The notes under the pieces were generated by a model. It saw nothing but the letters and a program-made list of their open reading frames with translations. It had not been told where the DNA came from and ran no database searches. Positions 47,468 to 57,131 of a DNA stretch of 64,000 nucleotides are shown piece after piece. Origin of the DNA: Chlamydiota bacterium (GTDB lineage: Bacteria > Chlamydiota > Chlamydiia > Chlamydiales > RGXB01); assembly GCA_947494155.1 (NCBI GenBank), contig CANLTW010000001.1, positions 13,524 through 77,523 of the forward strand, in the 5' to 3' direction. Each line of letters begins with the position of its first letter. Positions within the stretch are counted from its first letter, which is position 1. The translations under genes and the position numbers were made by a program.

Positions 47468-48405
47468 AATATTTTCCGCACTTCTTGATCCGCACCATAA
47501 CCTTCAAATAAAATCTTGTAAACGATTTGGGCAATCGGGAGTTGAATCACGCTGTGGATAGCTTGAGCGGCAAATGCCCCTTCCACTACCATCCCTACAC
47601 TCCCCCTTGCCTCTTCAGGAGCCATACCGTGAGCTATATTCAACCCACATTGAAAATTACGACTTTTTTCAGAGGTACAGGTCAATATAAGATCGGCTAA
47701 CCCAGAAAAATTTTCCAGGCAGGTTTCATCAATCCCTTTGTAGCGTAAAAGCTTTTTCATCTCCTGAAACCCTTTGGTAATCAGTGCGGCTCTGGCATTT
47801 TTCCCGTACCCCAGCCCCTCCACCAGCCCACATAAAATCGCATAGATATTTTTCATAGCACCGCTCAACATACATGCGACCGGCTCATCAGACTCTTCGG
47901 TGTGGAAAAAATCCTCATCAAAAACCTGAGATACCGCTCTTCTTAACCAGGTATCTTGAGAGGCGATAGTGGCACATGTTGTCAATCGCGCTAAGACCTC
48001 ATCTGCAAAAGTCGCTCCGCTTAAAACGGCCAAATTTTCTAGACCGATCTCTTTTGCGATTTCGTAAAGGGTGTGCCCCTTGTGATCAATCCCTTTCGAC
48101 GTGATCAGGATTGGCACTTTACAGCCCAAGTCTTTAAGAGCCTGCATCACCGGTTTGAACCCTTGTGATGTCACCGACTCGATCAAAAGATCCGCATTTT
48201 CGATCGCCTCCTTAAGATTCTCGTGCATTTCCAAAGGGTTTTTCATCGAAACGATCGGGAATCTGGGGTGTTTTTTATGACTTTGAATCGAATTCACTAC
48301 CTCTTTTTCGATAGAATACATCCGCACTTCTACATTTTTAAGAGCCTGTGATAAAGCAAATGCCCAGGCTCCGCTTCCTAAAATTGTCACTCGCTTCATT
48401 TTCAT
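47464..48405 (-). CDS. gpsA: NAD(P)H-dependent glycerol-3-phosphate dehydrogenase
   Basis: ILGSGAWAFAL dinucleotide fold and GLADLILTCTSEKSRN. The ATG at 48405 overlaps the upstream stop (ATGA). Confidence 0.92.
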   Translation of the reverse strand: MKMKRVTILGSGAWAFALSQALKNVEVRMYSIEKEVVNSIQSHKKHPRFPIVSMKNPLEMHENLKEAIENADLLIESVTSQGFKPVMQALKDLGCKVPILITSKGIDHKGHTLYEIAKEIGLENLAVLSGATFADEVLARLTTCATIASQDTWLRRAVSQVFDEDFFHTEESDEPVACMLSGAMKNIYAILCGLVEGLGYGKNARAALITKGFQEMKKLLRYKGIDETCLENFSGLADLILTCTSEKSRNFQCGLNIAHGMAPEEARGSVGMVVEGAFAAQAIHSVIQLPIAQIVYKILFEGYGADQEVRKIF

Positions 48406-49187
48406 TGTAGGATCCTCAAAGCCTCTTCTAAACTGTCCTCCCCAAAAGCCCTTTTGATCGGGCAAAAATGGGATTGGCGGTGCACTTCCACCACCTCATA
48501 ACTTTTTGCTAAGGGGAAAAAGTCAAATACAAACTTCTCTTGTTTAGCAACTTTTTTCCCCTCGTGGATTTTTTCAATCAGTTGGCTCTTTACCATGCTA
48601 TCCATATGAGCGGCCCGTTTGAAAAAATCGATTGTTGCAGAAAAAATTCCGGTATAGGCAAGCCCTAACCCACTTTTTTCTTCAGTGTACTCTTTCACGC
48701 TCAACTTATCCCCAAGGATCACAGTCCCCACCGATTCGCTAGCCGATCTTTTTTTTACCCCAAGCACAATCAGCTCGGCACTCCCTTGCAGATAGGGGAA
48801 ATCGGGTTGGCAGAGCGGATTATCCACTGGACAAACAACTACCCGTTCTACTTGATTGTTTAAAAAATTTTGGTAGGAAGAGCTCGCATAAAAGGCCCTG
48901 AAAAGATCCCCATTACCTATAGGGCTCTCCTTATCAAGCCCTTCAATAAGTGCCGACTTCTGGGAAAAAAAAGTGATCTCTTTCCCCTCTAACTGTAAAG
49001 AAAGGACGTGCTCTTCAATCTTTTTGTGATTTTTTTTAGAGGTCATGATAGCTACATTTTTGGGACATTTTTCTAAAATTCTCTTTAAAAGAGAGGAATT
49101 ATGTATCTCGATAAGACCTTTAGGGATATCCATTTGAAGGCGGGTTGCGTCACCAGCAGCCAAAATCACCACACCATATTTTTTCAT
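48402..49187 (-). CDS. UDPGP-family (eukaryotic UAP1-like) UDP-sugar pyrophosphorylase, compact 261-aa form
   Basis: VILAAGDATRL...PKGL, AIMTS, FFSQ, PIGNGDLF, PVDNPL, VKEYTE and KFVFDFFP...FCPIK occur in the order typical of UDPGP enzymes. Confidence 0.65.
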   Translation of the reverse strand: MKKYGVVILAAGDATRLQMDIPKGLIEIHNSSLLKRILEKCPKNVAIMTSKKNHKKIEEHVLSLQLEGKEITFFSQKSALIEGLDKESPIGNGDLFRAFYASSSYQNFLNNQVERVVVCPVDNPLCQPDFPYLQGSAELIVLGVKKRSASESVGTVILGDKLSVKEYTEEKSGLGLAYTGIFSATIDFFKRAAHMDSMVKSQLIEKIHEGKKVAKQEKFVFDFFPLAKSYEVVEVHRQSHFCPIKRAFGEDSLEEALRILQ

Positions 49188-49411
49188 GAAAAACTTTTTC
49201 TTAGGATTATTTCAAAAGTCTAGCAACTGCTCGGTTTTAAACAAAAAGGGTTTTTCATCAAAAATAAGAGCTCTATAGAAAACCCCTTTTTCAAGAACAG
49301 TTTCTAGGGACGTTTAGAGGGAGGATTTACCCGAAAATTCTCCTCTTTTCTCGCCAAACAACTCCAAAAAGGGGTATATTCTGAAAACTCAAGAGGAGCT
49401 AAAAAGCAAGT

Positions 49412-50305
49412 ATGCCCTTTTTAAGCCTTTTTATTTCTCTAATGATTACAGCAATTTGGGGATTAAACTTTGTTGTAATCAAATACTGCCTTGTCGAGAC
49501 AAAACCGCTGTCTTTATGTGTTTTGCGTTTTTTTCTCTCAAGTATCCCCTTTATTTTTTTTGTAAAAAGACCCAAAACCCCGTTTTGGCTCCTTAGCCTC
49601 TACGGAATTGTCATGTTTGTCATCCAATTTGGACTCCTTTTTTTGGGTCTATATTTAGGGATGCCGGCGGGTCTTGCCTCCCTTTTATTGCAAATTCAGG
49701 TTTTCTTTAGCCTTTTTATCGGTATTTTTGTTTTTCAGGAAAAAATTCGGCTTTGGAATATTCTTGGTTGTTTGATCTCTTTTTTTGGAATTGGGATTGT
49801 CATAGCCCATCTGGACAGCTCGATTTCGATTAAAGGGCTTTTGCCGATCATCGGAACCGCCGCTTGTGCAAGCCTGGGGAACTTAATCACCAAAAAAATG
49901 GGAAATGTTAACAGCGTTTCTCTAGTTACCTGGGGCAGCTTTATCGCTTGGCCCCTGCTACTGGTACTATGCCTACTTATTGATGGTCCCGATACTCTTT
50001 TACACACTCTTTTTGATCTCGAGCTCGATTTTTGGATTGGGGTAGGATACATCACCTATCTCTCTACAATCGTAGCCTACGGAGCGTGGAGCTGGCTTGT
50101 TGCAAACAATCCGCTTAAAGCTGTTACCCCATTTACCCTTCTTACACCCATATTTGCCCTGATTGGGGGAACTTTGTTTTTGGAAGAGTCTTTGCCCCCT
50201 TGGAAATTGGTCGCTACACTCTTTGTATTGAGTGGTCTTGCCATCAATCTTTTTGGGAATCATTTTTTTAAATCCTCTGCTCCTGTAAGAGTAGAATTCG
50301 ATTGA
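49412..50305 (+). CDS. EamA/DMT-superfamily transporter
   Basis: 297 aa with about ten TM segments in two repeated EamA-like halves; N-terminus ITAIWGLNFVVIKY. Confidence 0.8.
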   Translation: MPFLSLFISLMITAIWGLNFVVIKYCLVETKPLSLCVLRFFLSSIPFIFFVKRPKTPFWLLSLYGIVMFVIQFGLLFLGLYLGMPAGLASLLLQIQVFFSLFIGIFVFQEKIRLWNILGCLISFFGIGIVIAHLDSSISIKGLLPIIGTAACASLGNLITKKMGNVNSVSLVTWGSFIAWPLLLVLCLLIDGPDTLLHTLFDLELDFWIGVGYITYLSTIVAYGAWSWLVANNPLKAVTPFTLLTPIFALIGGTLFLEESLPPWKLVATLFVLSGLAINLFGNHFFKSSAPVRVEFD

Positions 50306-50406
50306 CGCATTAACATAAAAAAGGAATATTTTATAACATAACTCACTAAAAGCATCCCTTTGGTGAAATCTTTGTATCCTAAACTTTTTTTAAATTAGGA
50401 GGTCTC

Positions 50407-51747
50407 ATGGAAACCATTCTCCTTACCCTTTTTAGCGCTTTAGGTCTTTTTTTAATCCTATCGATCCGGCTCTACCAACGCTGCCCCTCTAATAAAATTT
50501 TAGTTATTTATGGCCGAGTGGGTTTTGGAAAAACCATCCAGTGCCACCACGGCGGTGGCCGTATTGTTTGGCCGCTCATTCAGGGATATGCTTTCTTGGA
50601 TCTAACTCCTAAAACAATCCATATCTCGTTAAAAGGGGCGTTATCTCAACAAAATATCCGTGTGAACATCCCCAGCACTTTTACAGTGGCTTTGGGAGTA
50701 AATCCCGAAATCATGCAAAACGCTGCTATTCGTCTATTAGACCTGGACGCACGCAGCATAGAGATGATGGCTACCGAAATCATCACCGGTCAACTCCGTT
50801 TAACGATAGCCTCTTTGCGTATTGAAGAGATCAACCAAGACCGGGAACGGTTTTTGGAAGCAATTAAAGATAATATCGAGGAGGAGCTCCATAAGATCGG
50901 ATTAACTCTTCTTAATGTCAACATCACCGACATCACGGATGAATCGGAGTACATCGACAGCATCGGAAAAAAAGCCTCTTCCACAGCGGTCAACCAGGCA
51001 AAAGTCGATGTTGCGGAACAAGAAAAGCAGGGTGAGGTGGGTAAAGCTTCTCAAGAAAGAGATTGTAGAATTCTTGTCGCCAGTTACAACGCCGATGCCG
51101 TACGGGGAGAAAATGAGTCCGCTGCAGAGATCGCCGCAACAAACGCTATGCTTGCAGAAAAAGAGGCTGAGGCAAAACGTAGAAGTCAGACCGCTCTAGA
51201 GCAAGCCGAAGCCGAGATCCAAAAAGCCAAGTCGCTTGCAAATACACATAGGCTTGAGGCTGAACAGATCGTTCCACAAGAAATTCAGAAACGGAAAATT
51301 GAAATCGAGGCCCAAGCTGAGGCTCAAAGTAAGATTCTAGTCGCTAAAGGGGAAGCGGAGGCGATTCTCCTGATTAAAGAGGCGGAAGCCTTAGGAATCC
51401 AAAAGATTCTCGACGCAAAGGCCCGCGGGTACAAACAGCTTATAGATGCCTGTAATCAAGATGCCCAGAGCGCTTCTACGATGTTATTGATGGAAAAACT
51501 CGAAACGATGGTTTCTTTGCAAACTGAGGCAATTAAAAACATCAAAATTGATAAAATCACCGTTTGGGACTCGGGAAACCAGGGGGACAATCAAAAATCG
51601 ACAACCTCTAACTTTTTAAGCCAATTTATGAAATCCCTCCCCCCTCTCCACGATGTTGCAGGGATGGCAGGGTTGAAAATGCCCGATTATCTGGGGACAG
51701 TGAAAACATCTCAAGAATCTTCAGAAAAAGAGTTTCAACTCCAATAA
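50407..51747 (+). CDS. flotillin-like SPFH/band-7 domain protein
   Basis: N-terminal TM segment, an SPFH-like core, then a long E/A/K/Q-rich coiled-coil (AEKEAEAKRR...EAQAEAQSK...GEAEAILLIKEAEA). Confidence 0.8.
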   Translation: METILLTLFSALGLFLILSIRLYQRCPSNKILVIYGRVGFGKTIQCHHGGGRIVWPLIQGYAFLDLTPKTIHISLKGALSQQNIRVNIPSTFTVALGVNPEIMQNAAIRLLDLDARSIEMMATEIITGQLRLTIASLRIEEINQDRERFLEAIKDNIEEELHKIGLTLLNVNITDITDESEYIDSIGKKASSTAVNQAKVDVAEQEKQGEVGKASQERDCRILVASYNADAVRGENESAAEIAATNAMLAEKEAEAKRRSQTALEQAEAEIQKAKSLANTHRLEAEQIVPQEIQKRKIEIEAQAEAQSKILVAKGEAEAILLIKEAEALGIQKILDAKARGYKQLIDACNQDAQSASTMLLMEKLETMVSLQTEAIKNIKIDKITVWDSGNQGDNQKSTTSNFLSQFMKSLPPLHDVAGMAGLKMPDYLGTVKTSQESSEKEFQLQ

Positions 51748-51752
51748 AAAAA

Positions 51753-51806
51753 GACTTTAGTCGCTTTTTTTGTCCGTTTTTTTGGACAAAACCAGCGACT
51801 AAAGCC
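51753..51806. terminator. bidirectional terminator hairpin between convergent genes
   Basis: 11-bp outer stem CTTTAGTCGCT/AGCGACTAAAG enclosing an inner GTCC/GGAC hairpin and T/A runs. Confidence 0.65.
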
Positions 51807-51834
51807 CTATTTACTTACAAAAAGCATCTCTACT

Positions 51835-52974
51835 TTACCCCCTTTTCTCTTGGAAGCTGACCAATACAACTCCTGAGAACTCTTTGATCTCTCTCCCCAT
51901 CGGCATCGCTTTAACAATCACGTGTTGCAAAGACGATTTGGGATCGCTTTCGATCGCCTCTTCAAAAAGCTCGATAGGGTAGCTCTCAAAGAAGGGTTTG
52001 GTGCCCATAACAAGCGTCTCTTTTCCTTGTAAGGGATAACAGGTAATTTTAGGTTTTGCGCTGATAGGCCATAAAGGTCTATCCAGACCACGGTAGCTAT
52101 TAAACGACAAAAGACCCAAAGCCCTCGACTGGGAGACCCCCTCCTTTGTATTTGGCCACCTGTATTCACCAGAAAAAGGGAGATAACAACTCCCCCTTTG
52201 CTCGTGTAAAGCCTTCAGGGCTTTATCTAGGCGTTGGATATCTTTTTTTGACGAAAAATTTCTGATATTGCTGAGTGGAATTCCACCCCCTTTTGTCTGG
52301 TTACGAATCAAGTACGCCCTAGGGTTCCCGAGAGTCGCCGTATACAAAACCGCATTGGCATGATCTATAAGACATACGATTCCACCCGCTCCCTGGTGTG
52401 CAAAGTTGCGGTTAGATAAAACGTTAGCCTCCAATTCATGAAATGTCCGCAATAGAACCTCCCTCGGGGAAAGCCCCTGAGCGACTAGAGCTCTGATAAC
52501 CACTTGGCAGCGCGATTGTAGAAAATCGGCGACATCCCTACCGTTAATCCCCTCAAAAAGGGTGAAAGCGGTCATGGGATTTGCAGGGTCAATTCTCTGA
52601 TCGATTTGCCTAAACTCTGTTTTATTGCACTCTTTGAAGACAAAACACTCCTTGCAAATAACGCCGTTTGTCCTTTTTGCAAGCTCTGAGCGCACTTTAC
52701 GCTCGTATTCTGCCGGATCTATTCTTAACGTCCGCTTTTCGGTTAAAGCCTTGAAAAGATTTTTCATCAGCTTTTCGCCATCTTCTTGAATAATACGATC
52801 TCTGGAAAAAAGAGATCCCATACCCCTTCTTGAAGTGCAGCCCATCCCAAAAAATTCGGTGATGCTATCAAAAAATCCCTTTTCGCTCTCCTCAGGAATC
52901 TTCCTGGCGCTGCTGCAAAAATCGAAAAAGGAGCCCCCTACATTCTCTGTAGAGCCTCCGGTTTTTGTACTCAT
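51835..52974 (-). CDS. PP2C-fold protein with apparently degenerate metal-binding motifs (pseudophosphatase candidate)
   Basis: The ATG at 52974 is preceded by GGAGG plus a 7-nt spacer. FTLFEGINGRDVADF, IVCLIDHANAVLYTATLGNPRAYLI and SRALGL parallel the PP2C motifs VFDGHGG, GDSRA and RALGD. Confidence 0.6.
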   Translation of the reverse strand: MSTKTGGSTENVGGSFFDFCSSARKIPEESEKGFFDSITEFFGMGCTSRRGMGSLFSRDRIIQEDGEKLMKNLFKALTEKRTLRIDPAEYERKVRSELAKRTNGVICKECFVFKECNKTEFRQIDQRIDPANPMTAFTLFEGINGRDVADFLQSRCQVVIRALVAQGLSPREVLLRTFHELEANVLSNRNFAHQGAGGIVCLIDHANAVLYTATLGNPRAYLIRNQTKGGGIPLSNIRNFSSKKDIQRLDKALKALHEQRGSCYLPFSGEYRWPNTKEGVSQSRALGLLSFNSYRGLDRPLWPISAKPKITCYPLQGKETLVMGTKPFFESYPIELFEEAIESDPKSSLQHVIVKAMPMGREIKEFSGVVLVSFQEKRG

Positions 52975-53179
52975 AGTTAAACCTCCGCAACTATTTTTTC
53001 CAGTATAGTGGTTCAATCTATATAAGTAAAATTTTAATTTTGCATAAAGAGCTAGAAATGCTCTCTTAACATAGTGGTAGAATATTTTTTAATTTTTTTT
53101 CTGTAGACCCCCATTACCAGATGCAGCTTGCTCTTCGGAGGATTTTTCCCCTATAGTATTGATGGTAACTACTATTTTT

Positions 53180-53665
53180 ATGAAGAAAATCATTTTAGGT
53201 TTTGACCCGGGAACCGAAAAAACCGGTTGGGCGCTTTTAGCACAAGTGCAGGGGAAAATCCACCTGATTGAAGCGGGATGCATCTCTTTAAGCGCAAAAG
53301 TTTCGCTACAAAAACGGCTTGGGGAACTGTTTCGGGAAGCCTCAAAGATTCTTGAGAAATTTTCCCCCGATCAAATCGCTATCGAATCGCAGTTTGTCGG
53401 TTTGAATCCGAAGTCGACGATGGCTATTTCTATGGCTAAAGGGGTAATTCTTGCCGCTGCGGACCAAAAAAATGTAGAAGCTTTCGAATATTCGCCCCAA
53501 GAGGCTAAAAGAGGGATCACAGGAAAAGGGAACGCCACAAAAGAGGAGGTGCAAAAAATGTGCAGGCTCTTATTTCAGCGCCCTTTTGAAACCCCGTTTG
53601 ACACAACCGATGCGATTGCGTTAGCCTATTGCCATCTCAACCGATCAAAAATGGGGATCTTATGA
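53180..53665 (+). CDS. ruvC: crossover junction endodeoxyribonuclease RuvC
   Basis: ILGFDPGTEKTGWALL, IESQF and DTTDAIALAYCH. Confidence 0.92.
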   Translation: MKKIILGFDPGTEKTGWALLAQVQGKIHLIEAGCISLSAKVSLQKRLGELFREASKILEKFSPDQIAIESQFVGLNPKSTMAISMAKGVILAAADQKNVEAFEYSPQEAKRGITGKGNATKEEVQKMCRLLFQRPFETPFDTTDAIALAYCHLNRSKMGIL

Positions 53666-54228
53666 TAGAGTGTATCGAGGGTAAATTGATCGATCTCAAT
53701 GGGCAAAAAGCAACCCTTTTTGCGTACGGGGTAGGTTACGGCATTTGGATCCCGTTAACAACGTTCGACAAAATCTGTCATCGTTTGGGCGAAACCGTTT
53801 TATTGTATACCTCGCAGATCGTTCGTGAGGATTCCAATCGCCTTTTTGGTTTCCTGGAAAAAGAGGAGAAAAAACTTTTTGAAACTCTTCACCCCCATAT
53901 TGGCCCCAAAACCACCCTATCCCTTTTAGGCCACCTTTCAAAAGAGGTCTTGAAACGGGCAATAGAGCTCAAAGAGGTGCAGACTCTCATCAAAGTTCCA
54001 GGAATCGGAAAAAAATCGGCGGAGAGAATTATTGTCGAGCTCAATGGTAAACTTGACCCCTACTCTCAAGAAAATTCTTTACTTGAAGATGGCGTGCAAG
54101 CTCTAGTGAACATTGGTTACTCGGCTGTTGAAGCAAGAAAAAAAATTCTCAAGGCGCAAGAGAGTGTCTTGGAAAAAACCGACCTACAAGAGTTATTGAA
54201 AGTTGCTCTGCAGACAAAAACCTGCTAA
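53662..54228 (+). CDS. ruvA: Holliday junction DNA helicase subunit RuvA
   Basis: MIECIEGKL N-terminus and HhH motif VPGIGKKSAERIIVEL. The ATG overlaps the ruvC stop (ATGA). Confidence 0.9.
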   Translation: MIECIEGKLIDLNGQKATLFAYGVGYGIWIPLTTFDKICHRLGETVLLYTSQIVREDSNRLFGFLEKEEKKLFETLHPHIGPKTTLSLLGHLSKEVLKRAIELKEVQTLIKVPGIGKKSAERIIVELNGKLDPYSQENSLLEDGVQALVNIGYSAVEARKKILKAQESVLEKTDLQELLKVALQTKTC

Positions 54229-54240
54229 TATTATCGCCTT

Positions 54241-55587
54241 ATGAGCGAAAAAAAGACTATTGCAGCGATCGCTACTCCTCCTGGTGATGGCGGGGTGGGG
54301 ATTATCCGCATTAGCGGTCCCGAGGCTGTTGGAATTGCCAATAAAATTGTACAAATCGACCTTTTACAAAAAGAGAGCCACAAGGTCTATTTTACCAAAG
54401 CTTTAACCCCTTCTAAGGAGATCCTTGACGAGGTACTAGTCTTCAAGATGTGCACACCCCGCTCCTTTACCGGCGAAGATGTAGTAGAAATCCAGTGCCA
54501 CGGGGGGCAGCTTGTTTGTAAGAAAATTCTTCAATCGGCCCTGGATTCGGGTGCTAACCTAGCCCTTCCTGGAGAGTTCACTCTAAGGGCCTTCATGAAC
54601 GGCAAAATCGACCTTGCTAAAGCCGAATCGATACAGATGCTGATCCACGCCAAAAATACAGCCGCCCTAAAGGCAGCAAAAAACCAGCTTGAGGGGCACT
54701 TATCCCAAAAAATTCTTTTCTTCCAAGAGGAGCTCTTCTCTTTGGCTGCAATTTTGGAAGCCTGGGTTGATTATCCTGAAGAGGGGCTTGAATTTTTGAC
54801 AACTGAGGAATTTCTGGAAAAACTCCAGGGGATCATTTTTTCTCTAAAAAAGCTGGAAAACACCTTTTTTTGTGGCAGCAAGCTAAATACCTCCACTAAA
54901 CTTTGTCTGATTGGGGCACCCAACGTAGGGAAATCCTCTCTTTTGAATGCGCTGATGGAAAAAGAGCGGGCTATTGTTACCCCGATAGCCGGGACAACGC
55001 GTGATCTTATCGAGGGGGAAATCCATCTTTTTGGTCACCATTTCACTCTGATCGACACCGCCGGAATTAGAGATACCGACGAGACGATTGAGAAAGAGGG
55101 GATCCGCCGCTCCCTTGAAGCGATAGATAAAAGTGATTTAGTCCTCTTCCTTCTCGACGGCTCGCGCCCCAGGACTGAGTCCGAAAGCGCACTTTTAAAA
55201 GAGATGGATGCGCAAAAGACGATAGTGGTCACCAATAAGGCCGATCTCCTCCCTCCACGAGTGAACCCTCAAGGAGTCCTGATATCTGCAAAACACCTCA
55301 CCGGTTTAGATACTTTAAAAGAGCTCTTAGTCGAATGGTTGGAGACGCAAAACGGGCAGCTCTCAAAAGAAGAGGTCATTTTAGTTCAAGAGCGACACTT
55401 CAAAGCGATCCAGCAAGCGATCGACTTTTTAAAAACTGTCGAAATGGGGCTTAAAGAGGGAATAGGTGGCGAACTTTTAGTCATGGATCTCAAATCGGCA
55501 ATCCACTCTTTATCGCTCATCATCGGACGAAATGTTACAGAAGAGGTCCTTAACCAGATCTTCAGCCGCTTTTGCGTTGGGAAATAG
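54241..55587 (+). CDS. mnmE: tRNA modification GTPase MnmE (TrmE)
   Basis: GAPNVGKSS, DTAG and NKAD motifs; C-terminal CVGK tetrapeptide. Confidence 0.95.
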   Translation: MSEKKTIAAIATPPGDGGVGIIRISGPEAVGIANKIVQIDLLQKESHKVYFTKALTPSKEILDEVLVFKMCTPRSFTGEDVVEIQCHGGQLVCKKILQSALDSGANLALPGEFTLRAFMNGKIDLAKAESIQMLIHAKNTAALKAAKNQLEGHLSQKILFFQEELFSLAAILEAWVDYPEEGLEFLTTEEFLEKLQGIIFSLKKLENTFFCGSKLNTSTKLCLIGAPNVGKSSLLNALMEKERAIVTPIAGTTRDLIEGEIHLFGHHFTLIDTAGIRDTDETIEKEGIRRSLEAIDKSDLVLFLLDGSRPRTESESALLKEMDAQKTIVVTNKADLLPPRVNPQGVLISAKHLTGLDTLKELLVEWLETQNGQLSKEEVILVQERHFKAIQQAIDFLKTVEMGLKEGIGGELLVMDLKSAIHSLSLIIGRNVTEEVLNQIFSRFCVGK

Positions 55588-55592
55588 CTCTC

Positions 55593-56231
55593 ATGAGAAA
55601 ATCTGAAAAAGCCTCGCGTATTTTCGCTCTGCTTAACAACTACTACCCGAGTGTGGATATCCCGCTCAAACACCGATGCCCCTATACCCTCTTAGTCGCA
55701 GTTTTGTTATCCCAACAGAGCACCGATAAAAAAGTTAATGAGATCACTCCTGAACTTTTTGAAAAGGCCGATTCGCCCGAAAAAATGGTTGATTTAGGAA
55801 TAGAGGAAATCCAAAAAATCATTCGCCCTATAGGACTTGCTCCCCAAAAAGCGAAAAACCTCTATGCCTTATCAAAAATGCTGTTGGAACATTTTCAGGG
55901 TAAAGTTCCCCCTAGACTCGAAGAGCTTATGCAACTCCCTGGAGTGGGGAGAAAAACGGCTCTTTGCGTTTTAGCTCAAGCCTTTCATCAGGATGCTTTT
56001 CCCATAGACACACATATCCTGCGACTCGCAAACCGTTGGGGACTCTCCAAATCCAAAAATCCTCTTCGGGTTGAAGAGGATTTAAAAAAACTTTTTTTGA
56101 AGAGCTCTTGGTCCAAGGTGCATCTTCAAATCATTTTTGCCGGAAGAGAATTTTGCAAAGCCTCCCCACATGACCCGCAAAAATGCCCTTTTTGCTCCAG
56201 CCTAATCTCAACCAAAAAGCCCCTAGATTGA
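55593..56231 (+). CDS. nth: endonuclease III (HhH-GPD DNA glycosylase)
   Basis: LLSQQSTDKKVN and the HhH motif LPGVGRKTALCVL. The C-terminal Cys cluster has only three Cys visible. Confidence 0.88.
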   Translation: MRKSEKASRIFALLNNYYPSVDIPLKHRCPYTLLVAVLLSQQSTDKKVNEITPELFEKADSPEKMVDLGIEEIQKIIRPIGLAPQKAKNLYALSKMLLEHFQGKVPPRLEELMQLPGVGRKTALCVLAQAFHQDAFPIDTHILRLANRWGLSKSKNPLRVEEDLKKLFLKSSWSKVHLQIIFAGREFCKASPHDPQKCPFCSSLISTKKPLD

Positions 56232-57071
56232 GGCGATCGGCTGCCCCATTTTAATCAAAACCTCCCCTTCAGGAAAATCGAGATCCTCCTCCACAACGAC
56301 CCCCTCTTTTAAAAGAAGAACGCACATCGATCCGCCAAAAGAAAAATGCCCTAACTCGTCCCCCTTTTTCACCTCATCCCCCTCTTTTACTTTGAGGTGA
56401 ATTGTACCTACAAATGTCGCTCCGACTAATACCATCGCGTAGGTTTCAAATTCTAAAAGTACTCTTTTATTCTCGTGCAAAATCGATAAATTCTGTTTCA
56501 GCGCTATAGGAGAAACCGAAAACAGAGGACCGTTCATTTTTTTAACCGATAGAATTTTCCCATCCATGGGGGCATGTAATCTATGGTAATCTTGTGGAGC
56601 CAAACGGACCGTTAAAATTTTTCCATTCTCAAATTTTTTTGCGATATTTTTGTCCTTAACAAGCCTTTCTAGCGAAAAATTTTTCCCCTTTACATCAAAC
56701 GTTTTCTCTTGAATCACCTTCACTCTGCCGTCCGCTGGGCTGATCAACTTTTTTTCATCAAGATAGATAGGGCGCGCGCAAGATTTAAGCCTCCTTTCAA
56801 AAAAGTCTGAGAAGGTCGGGAACTCGCTTGCAAGAAATTCGTCTCTTTTGACCTTGTATTTTTCTATAAAAGGGTCAATAGATTTTTTGCTGTAAGCGCT
56901 TTTTTGAAATTGCGCATAGGCCCAGCCCAAAAACGGGACATGGGCTAACAAAAATCGGGCGATTTTGCTAATTAGATTGTCTTTATATAGCCACACCAAT
57001 GCATTTTTTGCGGGGGGCTCTTCTTCAAGTATCTGTTTGGATTCTCTGTCGAGTAGTTTAATCGATGTCAT
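56223..57071 (-). CDS. psd: phosphatidylserine decarboxylase proenzyme
   Basis: YHRLHAP and the self-cleavage region GHFSFGGSM. Confidence 0.9.
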   Translation of the reverse strand: MTSIKLLDRESKQILEEEPPAKNALVWLYKDNLISKIARFLLAHVPFLGWAYAQFQKSAYSKKSIDPFIEKYKVKRDEFLASEFPTFSDFFERRLKSCARPIYLDEKKLISPADGRVKVIQEKTFDVKGKNFSLERLVKDKNIAKKFENGKILTVRLAPQDYHRLHAPMDGKILSVKKMNGPLFSVSPIALKQNLSILHENKRVLLEFETYAMVLVGATFVGTIHLKVKEGDEVKKGDELGHFSFGGSMCVLLLKEGVVVEEDLDFPEGEVLIKMGQPIASI

Positions 57072-57131
57072 AAAAATTGATTATATCTTTCACATCGTTT
57101 ATGCTCAAGGATCAAGAATTAGGGTTTTTTC

